From the sequence record NC_054924.1: 64,000 bases of DNA; one strand, 5' to 3'. Position 1 is the stretch's first letter. Each line of letters starts with the position of its first letter. Under the pieces are notes generated by a model that saw only the letters and a program-made list of their open reading frames with translations, was not told where the DNA came from and made no database searches. Below, one piece after another: positions 54,016 to 63,061 of the stretch. Both the position numbers and the translations under genes were made by a program. This stretch comes from Escherichia phage vB_EcoM_Lutter.

Positions 54016-54822
54016 ATGGCAATTGTAGGTGTTCCTGGCTGGATTGGCGAATCTGCCGTGAATGAAACTGGACAACGTTGGATGGATGCTGCGATGAGAG
54101 CAGTTCGTGTTTCAGTTCCCGGTTGGATGAGTTCAATGGCAGGAAAGTCAGTTGAAAAAGCTTATTCAATTGGCTCAAATCATTCATATAATAAAGATAC
54201 TTTAATTAATTGGCTTAAATCAATTGGAACAGCTCCTGCTGTTGTAACAATAACAGGAGATATTGTTTCTAGTTCTTCGACTATTCCATGTTTAGATTTT
54301 CCTAGTTCATTAACTAATGAATATGTGACATTGATTATTAACTCTGGCGTTACTGTTTATGGCCGAGGAGGTAATGGATCTGGATCTAGTGGAGGTTCTG
54401 GAGATGCTTTAGTTCGAGCAACTGCTGGCGGTACGGCTATTAATAATGGTATTGGTACACGCTTACGTATTACGAATAATGGCGCAATCGCTGGCGGTGG
54501 CGGTGGTGGAGGTGGTTGGTCCATAGACTATAACTTCACATTAGGTAATGTTGCTGGTGGTGGAGGCGGACGTCCTTTCGGTACTGGTGGTCGAGGTGGT
54601 CGAGGTAATGGTGGTAATGCATCGTTAACCGCCGCAGGTGGTAAAGTAACTGTTGATGGTAATAACATGAGTGGTGCGGGTGGTAATGTTGGCTCAGCTG
54701 GTGGCGCTGCTGTTCGTACATCAAACTTTCAAACTAGTGGCGCTGGCGCTGCGGGTAAAGCTGTTACCGGAAATGCCCCAACATGGACTAAGGTTGGTAC
54801 AATATACGGTTCAAGAGTATAA
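54016..54822 (+). CDS. 38: Receptor-recognising adhesin gp38 (T2-type, glycine-rich motifs)
   Basis: 268 aa; conserved N-terminal half then several poly-Gly motifs separating short variable segments. Confidence 0.8.
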   Translation: MAIVGVPGWIGESAVNETGQRWMDAAMRAVRVSVPGWMSSMAGKSVEKAYSIGSNHSYNKDTLINWLKSIGTAPAVVTITGDIVSSSSTIPCLDFPSSLTNEYVTLIINSGVTVYGRGGNGSGSSGGSGDALVRATAGGTAINNGIGTRLRITNNGAIAGGGGGGGGWSIDYNFTLGNVAGGGGGRPFGTGGRGGRGNGGNASLTAAGGKVTVDGNNMSGAGGNVGSAGGAAVRTSNFQTSGAGAAGKAVTGNAPTWTKVGTIYGSRV

Positions 54823-54854
54823 ATTTTGAATAAATATCCTTAAAAGGAGGGTCT

Positions 54855-55511
54855 ATGGCAGCACCTAGAATATCATTTTCGCCCTCTGATATTCTATTTG
54901 GTGTTCTAGATCGCTTGTTCAAAGATAACGCTACCGGGAAAGTTCTTGCTTCCCGGGTAGCTGTCGTAATTCTTTTATTTATGATGGCGATTGTTTGGTA
55001 TAGGGGAGATAGTTTCTTTGAGTACTATAAGCAATCAAAGTATGAAACATACAGTGAAATTATTGAAAAGGAAAGAAATGCACGCTTTGAATCTGTCGCC
55101 CTGGAACAACTCCAGATAGTTCATATATCATCTGAGGCAGACTTTAGTGCGGTGTATTCTTTCCGCCCTAAAAACTTAAACTATTTTGTTGATATTATAG
55201 CATACGAAGGAAGATTACCTTCAACAATAACTGAAAAATCACTTGGAGGATATCCTGTTGATAAAACTATGGATGAATATGCAGTTCATTTAAATGGACG
55301 TCATTATTATTCCAACTCAAAATTTGCTTTTTTACCAACTAAAAAGCCTACTCCCGAAATAAACTACATGTACAGTTGTCCATATTTTAATTTGGATAAT
55401 ATCTATGCTGGAACGATAACCATGTACTGGTATAGAAATGATCATATAAGTAATGACCGCCTTGAATCAATATGTGCTCAGGCGGCCAGAACATTAGGAA
55501 GGGCTAAATAA
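54855..55511 (+). CDS. t: Holin T
   Basis: 218 aa; N-terminal transmembrane segment and large periplasmic domain; N-terminus MAAPRISFSPSDILFGVLDRLF. Confidence 0.9.
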   Translation: MAAPRISFSPSDILFGVLDRLFKDNATGKVLASRVAVVILLFMMAIVWYRGDSFFEYYKQSKYETYSEIIEKERNARFESVALEQLQIVHISSEADFSAVYSFRPKNLNYFVDIIAYEGRLPSTITEKSLGGYPVDKTMDEYAVHLNGRHYYSNSKFAFLPTKKPTPEINYMYSCPYFNLDNIYAGTITMYWYRNDHISNDRLESICAQAARTLGRAK

Positions 55512-55784
55512 TTATTTGTTCGTATACATCTCTAGATATCGATATACACCCTCAAAACCCTCGTTGAATTCGTCGATGAGGGTTTTCTTATCTTCTTGAG
55601 TTAATTCAGAAACAATTTTACGGAATGAATTCTGATTTAATTTTCTACCTTCATGCGTTACTCCAATCTCATTCAGAAATGCAATAAAATTAGCACGATT
55701 CTCAACAATATCTTCTCTGGAAAATTTAATCAAAATAGACGCAACAGTAATAATTTCACGAACTGTATCAATGTTTTTATTCAT
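55512..55784 (-). CDS. asiA: Anti-sigma70 factor AsiA
   Basis: 90 aa; N-terminus MNKNIDTVREIITVASILIKFSRED. Confidence 0.9.
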   Translation of the reverse strand: MNKNIDTVREIITVASILIKFSREDIVENRANFIAFLNEIGVTHEGRKLNQNSFRKIVSELTQEDKKTLIDEFNEGFEGVYRYLEMYTNK

Positions 55785-55796
55785 TAACTATACCAC

Positions 55797-55955
55797 TCAA
55801 TTAGTTGACTTTGTTATAATATCATCAGACGCTTGATTTGTAAACTGGTCTGTGTTATTTTCTTCAAAAAAAAAAAATTTTTCTACGAATTCCTTGAACG
55901 ACTTACGTTCCTGAGCTACATTATGCTCGATTACCTTTTCAAGATTATGACTCAT
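55797..55955 (-). CDS. Hypothetical 52-aa protein containing a T12 homopolymer tract in the coding strand
   Basis: Hand-translated ORF (MSHNLEKVIEHNVAQERKSFKEFVEKFFFFEENNTDQ...); ATGA overlap with the arn stop. Confidence 0.4.
   Translation of the reverse strand: MSHNLEKVIEHNVAQERKSFKEFVEKFFFFEENNTDQFTNQASDDIITKSTN
55816..55846 (-). promoter_or_regulatory. Early promoter (GTTTAC ... TATTAT) upstream of asiA
   Basis: -35 and -10 hexamers on the minus strand inside the 3' part of the upstream small ORF. Confidence 0.5.
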
Positions 55956-56230
55956 TCGAAATAATCTTCAATTTCATAATCATGGACATAAATCATTATA
56001 GTTTTTAATACATCATCAATACTTTTTCCTGGAGCTGGAATTACGTAGAAATATCCTGCTTTTGAGAGGTCTTTATAAGTTCCAATCAAGAAATCATTAT
56101 TCTCAAGATGTAGTTCTTCAACTAATTCATTAACAATTGAATGGTATAGGTTTGGTAGAAACTTATATAGCTTTTCTAGAATATCAATTTTGATTGTGTA
56201 TTGAACCACGGATTGAGAATCAATAATCAT
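55952..56230 (-). CDS. arn: Arn, anti-restriction nuclease (McrBC inhibitor)
   Basis: 92 aa, acidic; position between asiA and motA. Confidence 0.7.
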   Translation of the reverse strand: MIIDSQSVVQYTIKIDILEKLYKFLPNLYHSIVNELVEELHLENNDFLIGTYKDLSKAGYFYVIPAPGKSIDDVLKTIMIYVHDYEIEDYFE

Positions 56231-56313
56231 AGACCTTCCCCTTATGTTTCTGTTTGCGATTAGATTCTTTAAACGCTTTCTTCTTATCCTTATGAACAGA
56301 AGCTTTATTAAAA

Positions 56314-56532
56314 TTATGTTTTGCGACTAAATTGTTCATAGTGCTGAATTACCTCTCTCAAACATTTGCATGTGAATGAAAACTTTTTAGCTACACCACA
56401 TTCAAATATATGTTCTCTTAAATCACGTGTGTCAGTATATCCCATCTCAACAATAAAATGCCGTATTAGATTTTTATCTTTATCATTGAGAGAGTTAAAA
56501 TAATCGGATTTTGAATTAATTTCCCTGGCCAA
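56314..56532 (-). CDS. Hypothetical protein
   Basis: 72 aa ORF. Confidence 0.45.
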   Translation of the reverse strand: MAREINSKSDYFNSLNDKDKNLIRHFIVEMGYTDTRDLREHIFECGVAKKFSFTCKCLREVIQHYEQFSRKT

Positions 56533-56812
56533 ATTGAATCACCTTCAGTTGACGTTTTAACTCTTTTATCATTTCTTCGTTCATCGCAATATAAAGATCG
56601 CGTAAAGCAGGTTTTAGCATTCCATTTACTGGAGAACTAAATGGACATACATAATCTTTTCCTACAAGCTTTTTGGCGAATTCCATATCGCAGAACTTAA
56701 ATCCCGGCTCATTGGTATAAATTCCCCAATTAGTTGACATCATTTTATTAGCATATTCCAGTGCCTGGATTTGATTCATAATTCCATCAATTTGAAACTT
56801 TTTAATATTCAT
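56516..56812 (-). CDS. Hypothetical protein
   Basis: 98 aa ORF. Confidence 0.5.
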   Translation of the reverse strand: MNIKKFQIDGIMNQIQALEYANKMMSTNWGIYTNEPGFKFCDMEFAKKLVGKDYVCPFSSPVNGMLKPALRDLYIAMNEEMIKELKRQLKVIQFGQGN

Positions 56813-57273
56813 TAGTAAAGGTCCTCAGAGTAAAGTTCTTTTTCATTACCACCACGTTCAATACGTACTTGTCCAGCGTAAGTTGCAATAATCATTGCTT
56901 CTTCACGTGTCCAATAATTACTATATTGGTCAATAAACCCTTGGTCATCATTACAAACTTGTTGAGTAACTAATTGAGGTTTAACTACATCTAAAACTTC
57001 TGCCATATCTTTAGAATAATGACGAGCACCTGGAATAATAAGAGTTCGTCCATCTTTTAATTTAAAACGGTTGGCTGCACAGACAATTCGTCGTTGATAC
57101 TTTTGGTTTTCATCCCAATACACAGTCTGCCAACAGATTTCAGGAACTTCATCTAAAACATTTTGTTCTGTATATTCACCACCGTAAGAAGCTAATTTAG
57201 CAGCCAGACTTTCCGGAGTCTCACGCGACAAAGCTTTATCTAACAGAGCTAAACGTTCTTTAAAAGTTTTCAT
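56812..57273 (-). CDS. Hypothetical protein
   Basis: 153 aa ORF. Confidence 0.5.
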   Translation of the reverse strand: MKTFKERLALLDKALSRETPESLAAKLASYGGEYTEQNVLDEVPEICWQTVYWDENQKYQRRIVCAANRFKLKDGRTLIIPGARHYSKDMAEVLDVVKPQLVTQQVCNDDQGFIDQYSNYWTREEAMIIATYAGQVRIERGGNEKELYSEDLY

Positions 57274-57599
57274 TTAAACCATCCTTTAATACGTTGCCAC
57301 AAAGTTTTCTGTTGAGCTTTGTTAACACCAATTGAACGAATAACCGGTTGAGATTCCTGGAATTCTTTATAATCAGCAAGGTAAATTTCGTAAGCTGCAT
57401 CAGTAAATGAACTTATCGCTGCCATAAAATTATTGCGAATACCTACTGGAGCATCTTTACTTTCACGAATAATCATGTATTTACCAGTCTTAATCTTTAC
57501 GATAGTTCCAAGATAAGCTCCATGATACCAGATGTCCCACCCCTCTTGAGTGGGTTCTGCACAACGACGAAGTTCATTGACAATTTCTAACTTGTTCAT
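57270..57599 (-). CDS. Hypothetical protein
   Basis: 109 aa ORF. Confidence 0.5.
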   Translation of the reverse strand: MNKLEIVNELRRCAEPTQEGWDIWYHGAYLGTIVKIKTGKYMIIRESKDAPVGIRNNFMAAISSFTDAAYEIYLADYKEFQESQPVIRSIGVNKAQQKTLWQRIKGWFK

Positions 57600-57609
57600 T
57601 ATTTATTCC

Positions 57610-58245
57610 TCACAGTTCAGATGCTACAGTGATTACAGCTTCAATGTTTTCTGCCGAGCGTTTAATGTCAAGATACACATTACCGTTTTTAGCGATTTTA
57701 CATGACATTCCGATATCAGTAAATTTCTGAATATGATGTTCCATCATTTTGTATCCAAAAATTCGCATATTTCCATTGTTGTTAATTTCAAAATTACGAA
57801 TTCCGTGAGTGCGTTTTTCTAAAATAGCGAGATAGTTACTGCGATAAGTTTCAACCTTTTTAAGAACAAATCCATTTTCATCTAAAAGTTTTAACATGAG
57901 GTCTTTATCTTCTTCCATATCGGAAGTAATCTCACGAGCTTTACGAGTTGCTCGTTTTTTCAGCAGTTCCGGAGCATTTTCTTGTGCGTATAAAGTTGCT
58001 GCATTTGAAATAATATCCTGAGCTTCACCAGTAATGATTAATCCATCACCAGATTTCTCCACCAGGCCTTTTTTAATCAATACCCCAATATTACTATTAA
58101 CTACTGCGTTACCTAAATCTGGATGCACCTCACGAACTTCTGCAGCTGTAATGAAATCTTTCTTAGCAATAGTAATTAAAATCGCAGCAGTTTTTTCATT
58201 CAGAACATCGTTAGAAGCTTTGATGATGTAAGTTACTTTAGACAT
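57610..58245 (-). CDS. motA: MotA, activator of middle transcription
   Basis: 211 aa; N-terminus MSKVTYIIKASNDVLNEKTAAILITIAKKDF. Confidence 0.9.
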   Translation of the reverse strand: MSKVTYIIKASNDVLNEKTAAILITIAKKDFITAAEVREVHPDLGNAVVNSNIGVLIKKGLVEKSGDGLIITGEAQDIISNAATLYAQENAPELLKKRATRKAREITSDMEEDKDLMLKLLDENGFVLKKVETYRSNYLAILEKRTHGIRNFEINNNGNMRIFGYKMMEHHIQKFTDIGMSCKIAKNGNVYLDIKRSAENIEAVITVASEL

Positions 58246-58286
58246 TTTCTAATCTCCGTAATTCTGTATCAGTAGTTGATAGTTGT

Positions 58287-58316
58287 ATAGTACCACAGTA
58301 TGCTTTGGTTGTAAAC
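58287..58316 (-). promoter_or_regulatory. Early promoter of the conserved family upstream of motA
   Basis: GTTTAC ... TACTATACAACTATCAACTAC on the minus strand. Confidence 0.6.
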
Positions 58317-58335
58317 CGTTTTGTGAAAAAATTTT

Positions 58336-58366
58336 AAAATAAAAAAGGGAGAGCCTCGGCTCTCCC
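58336..58366 (-). terminator. Rho-independent terminator
   Basis: gggagagcctcggctctccc hairpin followed on the minus strand by TTTTTTATTTT. Confidence 0.7.
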
Positions 58367-58371
58367 TAAAA

Positions 58372-58521
58372 TTACTGCATGAATGTGATAACTATCATGA
58401 TAACACGTTGAATTCCGAACGCAAGAAGACCTCCTGCTACGGCTGGAACAACGCCTAAACCCGCCAGTAAAATGCTACCAGATACTAATGCAGCGCTTGT
58501 AATACCAATGAATGGACTCAT
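58372..58521 (-). CDS. Small hydrophobic membrane peptide (49 aa)
   Basis: Hand-translated ORF MSPFIGITSAALVSGSILLAGLGVVPAVAGG...; ATGA overlap with the gene 52 stop. Confidence 0.45.
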   Translation of the reverse strand: MSPFIGITSAALVSGSILLAGLGVVPAVAGGLLAFGIQRVIMIVITFMQ

Positions 58522-59846
58522 TTGATTTCCTCTAAATCTTTGGTGTATTCTGTAACTACATCAGTAGTTTTCCAATATTCGTTTTCTTCTTTCTTAGCTT
58601 TAGCTTCTTCAGCAAGTTTCTTTGCTTCGTCGGAAGTCATATGAAAAATATTCATACCAACTAGTTTATCAACATAAGAAGAATACATCTCAATTTTAGA
58701 AAGTTCTTCGGTCAGTTCTTTACGAGTTTTACCCTGTACAACAATTTCACCTGAAATTACTTTCTTAATGAAATGCGCCTTGGCAAAGGCTAAACGAAAT
58801 GCTGATTCAGTTTCTTTGATTTTGTTATCAATTCGTTTTTGGACATAAGTTTTACGAACTTCAACGAAGTCTTTGATTAAATCAACTACGTTATCGTAAA
58901 CTTGCAGCTTTCCTTTCTCATTAATAACAGTAATATTCTGTGAACGACGCTCAATCAACCCGAAGTCTTTCATAATTTTAGCGTGACGTTCTTCTTCATT
59001 ATCGCTCAAAGAGTATTCTTTGCGGAATTTAACTTTGAAGCCAAAACCATGCTCACCACAAGCATCATCCCACGTAATGAAGCCTTTATCTTCAAGCGGG
59101 TCTAAGATTTTACTCACATAAGTTTCACGATCATACTTATACGGAATCTCAGTGATATGCATTTGAGTTCGTGAAGTAAACTTATATGTTCCACGAATTT
59201 CATATTGCCCATCAATTTCAACGACTTCACCACGAAATTCTGGGAATTCTACCTTCGGTTTAGTTACTTTCTTTCCTTGAAGAGCTTGCAGTACAGCTTT
59301 CTTAACAGAAGAAACACTATGAGGAAGAATGTAAGTTGCATAACCAGTTGCAATACCGGAAACGCCATTAAGAAGAACAGTAGGAATAACAGGCAAATAG
59401 AAAGCAGGCGGAATGTGTTCTTTATCTTGATGTACCGGAGCATATTCAGTATCTTTATATACGTTATAGAAATTTTTACTTACACGAGCAAAAATATAAC
59501 GACTTGCTGCTGCTTTTTGAACGGTACGAGAACCAAAGTTTCCTTGACCATCTAACAGAGGAAAGTTATTATTCCAAGTATTAGCCATCAAAGCACCTGC
59601 GTCTTGCGCAGAGTTTTCACCATGATGATATCCAAGGTCCGCTACACCACCTGCAATAGAAGCGAGTTTGTGAAACTTATCTTTATTTCCTCGCGCCAAA
59701 TCAAGAGCTCGAGCAATAACAAATCGTTGAACTGGCTTAAATCCATCAATCATATTTGGAATGGCACGATTTTCAACCGTGTACATAGCATAAGCCAATG
59801 CTTCATTATCAATGATACTTTTTAAATCGCGATTATTCAGTTGCAT
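58518..59846 (-). CDS. 52: DNA topoisomerase II medium subunit gp52
   Basis: 442 aa; topoisomerase II A-subunit-like N-terminal region. Confidence 0.9.
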   Translation of the reverse strand: MQLNNRDLKSIIDNEALAYAMYTVENRAIPNMIDGFKPVQRFVIARALDLARGNKDKFHKLASIAGGVADLGYHHGENSAQDAGALMANTWNNNFPLLDGQGNFGSRTVQKAAASRYIFARVSKNFYNVYKDTEYAPVHQDKEHIPPAFYLPVIPTVLLNGVSGIATGYATYILPHSVSSVKKAVLQALQGKKVTKPKVEFPEFRGEVVEIDGQYEIRGTYKFTSRTQMHITEIPYKYDRETYVSKILDPLEDKGFITWDDACGEHGFGFKVKFRKEYSLSDNEEERHAKIMKDFGLIERRSQNITVINEKGKLQVYDNVVDLIKDFVEVRKTYVQKRIDNKIKETESAFRLAFAKAHFIKKVISGEIVVQGKTRKELTEELSKIEMYSSYVDKLVGMNIFHMTSDEAKKLAEEAKAKKEENEYWKTTDVVTEYTKDLEEIK

Positions 59847-59850
59847 AAAT

Positions 59851-59991
59851 TTACCATACTAGTGAATGTAGTGCCATAATAACATCAGAAATGAAAAGCA
59901 CGACTTGAATTAATCCGAACATTACTCCATAATATAGTGCTATCAATAAAATAGCAAGGGCTAATGAATAGCCCAAGATTTTCTTAATCAT
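59851..59991 (-). CDS. Small hydrophobic membrane peptide (46 aa; T4 52.1-like position)
   Basis: Hand-translated ORF MIKKILGYSLALAILLIALYYGVMFGL... Confidence 0.45.
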   Translation of the reverse strand: MIKKILGYSLALAILLIALYYGVMFGLIQVVLFISDVIMALHSLVW

Positions 59992-60142
59992 TAGTAGATA
60001 ACAACACAAATGTTAAATATGCACACATACCCTGAGCTAAAGCTTGCGAAAACACACTGCTGGCATCAATACAGATAGTTAAAACACATGCTACTATCCA
60101 ACAAATAAATGAAATAACTCCTAATAATTTTGCAATATTCAT
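59984..60142 (-). CDS. ac: Small hydrophobic membrane peptide (52 aa), possible Ac
   Basis: Hand-translated ORF MNIAKLLGVISFICWIVACVLTICIDASSVF...; length and position next to stp fit T4 ac. Confidence 0.45.
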   Translation of the reverse strand: MNIAKLLGVISFICWIVACVLTICIDASSVFSQALAQGMCAYLTFVLLSTND

Positions 60143-60149
60143 ATTTTCC

Positions 60150-60230
60150 TCACTGGCGTCCGAAGACGCCTTTGGTTTTAAGATTGTTACGATAGAACTG
60201 CATCACGTGTTCGTTATGGAAATTACTCAT
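60150..60230 (-). CDS. stp: Stp peptide (26 aa)
   Basis: Hand-translated [26 protein letters not shown]; TAATG overlap with the ndd stop. Confidence 0.85.
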
Positions 60231-60688
60231 TAATATGCCTGCAAAACAAATTTAAAGTTATCAGCCAACATACGGTTCATTTCTTCAAGTGTTTGATACT
60301 CAGAATGATGATTACGAGTAAACGCCAAAGCTAACTGACCTTTACCAAATCCCGTCGTCAGAGGTTTCATCTTAGAAGCAGGCAGATAAAATACTGTGTA
60401 TGGAACATTGTTATTTGCAATAGTACGCGCAAGCTGAGACCGACGCTGACGAATATGACTTAGAACCGCACTGAATCCTTGCTTAGAACGCTGATTACCT
60501 ACATAAAATCGTGCAGACACGCACGGATTACTAAATGGACGACCATCTAATTTACACACTAAAAAGTAAAATCCAGGTTTAGATAAAATATCTTTATGTG
60601 GAACTCCCAAAAACCATTCACCGTTCTTGATTGTACCAATAACGGTAGCGCCTGCGTTGTTCAGATCAGTAACAGTCATATATTTCAT
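60230..60688 (-). CDS. ndd: Ndd, nucleoid disruption protein
   Basis: About 151 aa from the internal Met ([16 protein letters not shown]...) preceded by a GAGGAA RBS; the 168-aa track ORF is an N-terminal extension. Confidence 0.85.
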
Positions 60689-60748
60689 ATTAATTTCCTC
60701 TAAATTATTTTCTACTCCAAGGCCGCATGAATACACACGGCCATTAAA

Positions 60749-60964
60749 TTAATCGTCGCAGTCGACGCTCAATTCCCAGAATTCTTCTACGGTATAAGTT
60801 TCAGTATCATTTTCAATACAGAAACGTTCATTACTATTATTTGCTAAAGTAGCATTAACTGTCGGTTTCTCGCTAGTGCTCTTAAGAGGTGAAATACGAA
60901 TTAACTGATCACCGTTATCTAAACAAAAAATTTCACCAACTTTTACATCTTTAAAACTTTTCAT
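60749..60964 (-). CDS. Hypothetical acidic protein
   Basis: 71 aa ORF. Confidence 0.45.
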   Translation of the reverse strand: MKSFKDVKVGEIFCLDNGDQLIRISPLKSTSEKPTVNATLANNSNERFCIENDTETYTVEEFWELSVDCDD

Positions 60965-61079
60965 AATTCACCTCAAGGAGTATAAAATCCAAATGCAGTT
61001 GTTGACCATCCCATCCAATATGGGAAATTTGCACCAATGTAAAACATAAGAATATAAAACCAAATGTTTAGTAAATTCA

Positions 61080-61298
61080 TCATTTTACACCATTCCAAAT
61101 TGTTTCAACTACGGATTTTAAACCATTTTGATGAATATCAATTCCGACTACTGTCATCAAATAGATTCCAACTACAACTGAACCTAAGGCAAAAATCAGC
61201 ATGAAAATGAATAAAGCCGGAAAAATATTATCGAAAAACCATTCAATAGATGTAAAAGCACTGCGTTTACGCTTCATATTTTCCTCACATAAATCCAA
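61080..61298 (-). CDS. Hypothetical membrane protein
   Basis: 72 aa ORF with a central hydrophobic helix. Confidence 0.45.
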   Translation of the reverse strand: MDLCEENMKRKRSAFTSIEWFFDNIFPALFIFMLIFALGSVVVGIYLMTVVGIDIHQNGLKSVVETIWNGVK

Positions 61299-61397
61299 AG
61301 TAAACGTTTAATACATCAATCATTAAAACGATTGGGAATATACTCAAAACTATTAGTATTATAACTACATTCCATATAGCTTTAACAATCTTTTTCA
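61285..61397 (-). CDS. Small membrane peptide (37 aa)
   Basis: Start at MKKIVKAIWNVVIILIVLSIF... with GGAGG RBS directly downstream of an early promoter; the 82-aa track ORF overlaps that promoter and is rejected. Confidence 0.45.
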
Positions 61398-61426
61398 TTT
61401 TCTGTTCCTCCGTAGTTGATAGTTGT

Positions 61427-61456
61427 ATAGTACCACAGAGGAACAGTCTTGTAAAC
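61427..61456 (-). promoter_or_regulatory. Early promoter of the conserved family
   Basis: GTTTAC ... TACTATACAACTATCAACTACGGAGG on the minus strand. Confidence 0.6.
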
Positions 61457-61641
61457 AACTTTTTTAAAAATATTCGTAATAAATGTGAATACCAACTACT
61501 ACCGCTGAAACCTGTGCAACCCACCACGCACAAGCAATAAGTACAGAATTCAAAATTTTCATAATAACCTCATCACAAAAGTAAATGTTAAACAAATTAA
61601 TGGAATACTAATTAACCAAACAAAACACCACCATAATGAAC

Positions 61642-61905
61642 TCATAGTTCAATCTCAATGATTTCCAGGTGTTTTTGTTTTATTGCCTTTTTAACACAAT
61701 CATGGACTAAATATGACCATGAATCATTATATTCTCCATTAACTAATCGTTGGAGATCTTCACGTGATGATAAGTAAGGTTGATCTGATTCCCATTTTGA
61801 TAAAAATACTGCAGTAAAAATATCTCCTTCACCTGTAGTTGAAGTCGTAAATGCAATAAATTCACCGGTAATTTTATGTTTAGCGTAATAAAATTTAAAT
61901 TTCAT
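61642..61905 (-). CDS. Hypothetical protein
   Basis: 87 aa ORF with GGAGG RBS after an early promoter. Confidence 0.5.
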   Translation of the reverse strand: MKFKFYYAKHKITGEFIAFTTSTTGEGDIFTAVFLSKWESDQPYLSSREDLQRLVNGEYNDSWSYLVHDCVKKAIKQKHLEIIEIEL

Positions 61906-61932
61906 TTTTACTCCTCCGTAGCTGATAGTTGT

Positions 61933-61962
61933 ATAGTACCACGGTCCTTGTGGTATGTAAAC
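61933..61962 (-). promoter_or_regulatory. Early promoter of the conserved family
   Basis: GTTTAC ... TACTATACAACTATCAGCTACGGAGG on the minus strand. Confidence 0.6.
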
Positions 61963-61981
61963 TGTTTTGTGAAAAAATTTT

Positions 61982-62539
61982 TTAAATGGAAAGATACCAT
62001 CCGTTGTAGTTGCTTTTTCTTACAACCTTACGAAGGTCTTCTCTGTCACCGATGAACTTCGGAGTGTACTGGATGACACCTGAATGAATTTCTTTAGTGT
62101 TGAATATAATTATACAGTCAGCGACTTGATGATTTAGAATGGGCCCTAGATTTATTCCAGAACCGTATGGATACTCTCCGCTGCATCCTGTTGTTACAGA
62201 AATCCAACGTGAGTCAGTTTGGTGTGTCTTAACTTCTACACGAAGCCCGCAGTATCTTGGATGCGCCAATACATCCCATGCGTATGTATACGGGTCATTA
62301 ACATCCTCTTGGCCTTTATTGACATATCCGCTTAGCCAATCTGCTACAAAAAACTCTGCGTACACAGCGATACGGCATCTTTCGATAACTTCTGCCTTAT
62401 CCTGATTCGGATTTTGTTTTAAAGAGTATCTTGCTGTATCAGCAATTTTGACCTTCATTTCACTAGTCAAGTCACTGTTCGATAGGGTAAATGTCGGAAT
62501 CTGAAATAGTCTCTGTAAACCCGGATTCGTTTTCTGCAT
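61982..62539 (-). CDS. denB: DenB, endonuclease IV (cytosine-DNA-specific)
   Basis: 185 aa; position between ndd and rIIB. Confidence 0.8.
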   Translation of the reverse strand: MQKTNPGLQRLFQIPTFTLSNSDLTSEMKVKIADTARYSLKQNPNQDKAEVIERCRIAVYAEFFVADWLSGYVNKGQEDVNDPYTYAWDVLAHPRYCGLRVEVKTHQTDSRWISVTTGCSGEYPYGSGINLGPILNHQVADCIIIFNTKEIHSGVIQYTPKFIGDREDLRKVVRKSNYNGWYLSI

Positions 62540-62801
62540 TTAGACTTTCCTTTTTACCACTGAGATAGGCGTTATATACTTTAAGAGTGCCATAATAAAT
62601 TCGGTCATTTTCATCTAAAGACTCGCGGTCAAGTTCATCGAGCTCCTTTTTATCCATGACTATAACATCATTACAGTAAAGAAACCCAAGTTTTTCGTGA
62701 CCAAACTCAAATTTATTACAGTACACAATATTAGCGTGATGATTTCCGTGCAGTTTAATCTCTTTTATGTCGGAATCACCGATATTCATACAATAAATCA
62801 T
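62472..62801 (-). CDS. Hypothetical protein (denB.1-like)
   Basis: 109 aa ORF; its 3' end overlaps the denB 5' end by 68 nt. Confidence 0.4.
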   Translation of the reverse strand: MIYCMNIGDSDIKEIKLHGNHHANIVYCNKFEFGHEKLGFLYCNDVIVMDKKELDELDRESLDENDRIYYGTLKVYNAYLSGKKESLNAENESGFTETISDSDIYPIEQ

Positions 62802-62838
62802 AATTTTTCCTTAAAACAAAAGGGCCGAAGCCCTTATT

Positions 62839-63033
62839 TTATTTGAATTGTGCAATTCTTTTCTCTAGACATTCAGCATAAGATTTCATTGAGATGAACT
62901 GTGAAAGTAGCAGTTCTTGCTCAACTGCACTAACTGTTAGAAACTTTGCGCTTTCTAAAAATTTGCTCAGTGCATTAATTTTGAGCATTAATTGATCGTA
63001 TTCTTCTTTTACTCGTGCTTGATAACCTAACAT
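62839..63033 (-). CDS. Hypothetical coiled-coil protein
   Basis: 64 aa ORF flanked by GC hairpins. Confidence 0.45.
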   Translation of the reverse strand: MLGYQARVKEEYDQLMLKINALSKFLESAKFLTVSAVEQELLLSQFISMKSYAECLEKRIAQFK

Positions 63034-63061
63034 AATTTTCCTTAGTTAAGGGCCGAAGCCC

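Noticed and set aside
54536-54724. His/Tyr/Gln-rich 62-aa ORF on the minus strand
   Set aside because: It is the antisense reading of the glycine-codon (GGT/GGC) repeats in gp38, not an independent gene.
54350-54780. Short repeated Gly-codon blocks as a possible CRISPR array or tandem repeat
   Set aside because: The repeats are in-frame coding sequence for the gp38 glycine-rich motifs, irregular in length and spacing, with no direct-repeat/spacer architecture.
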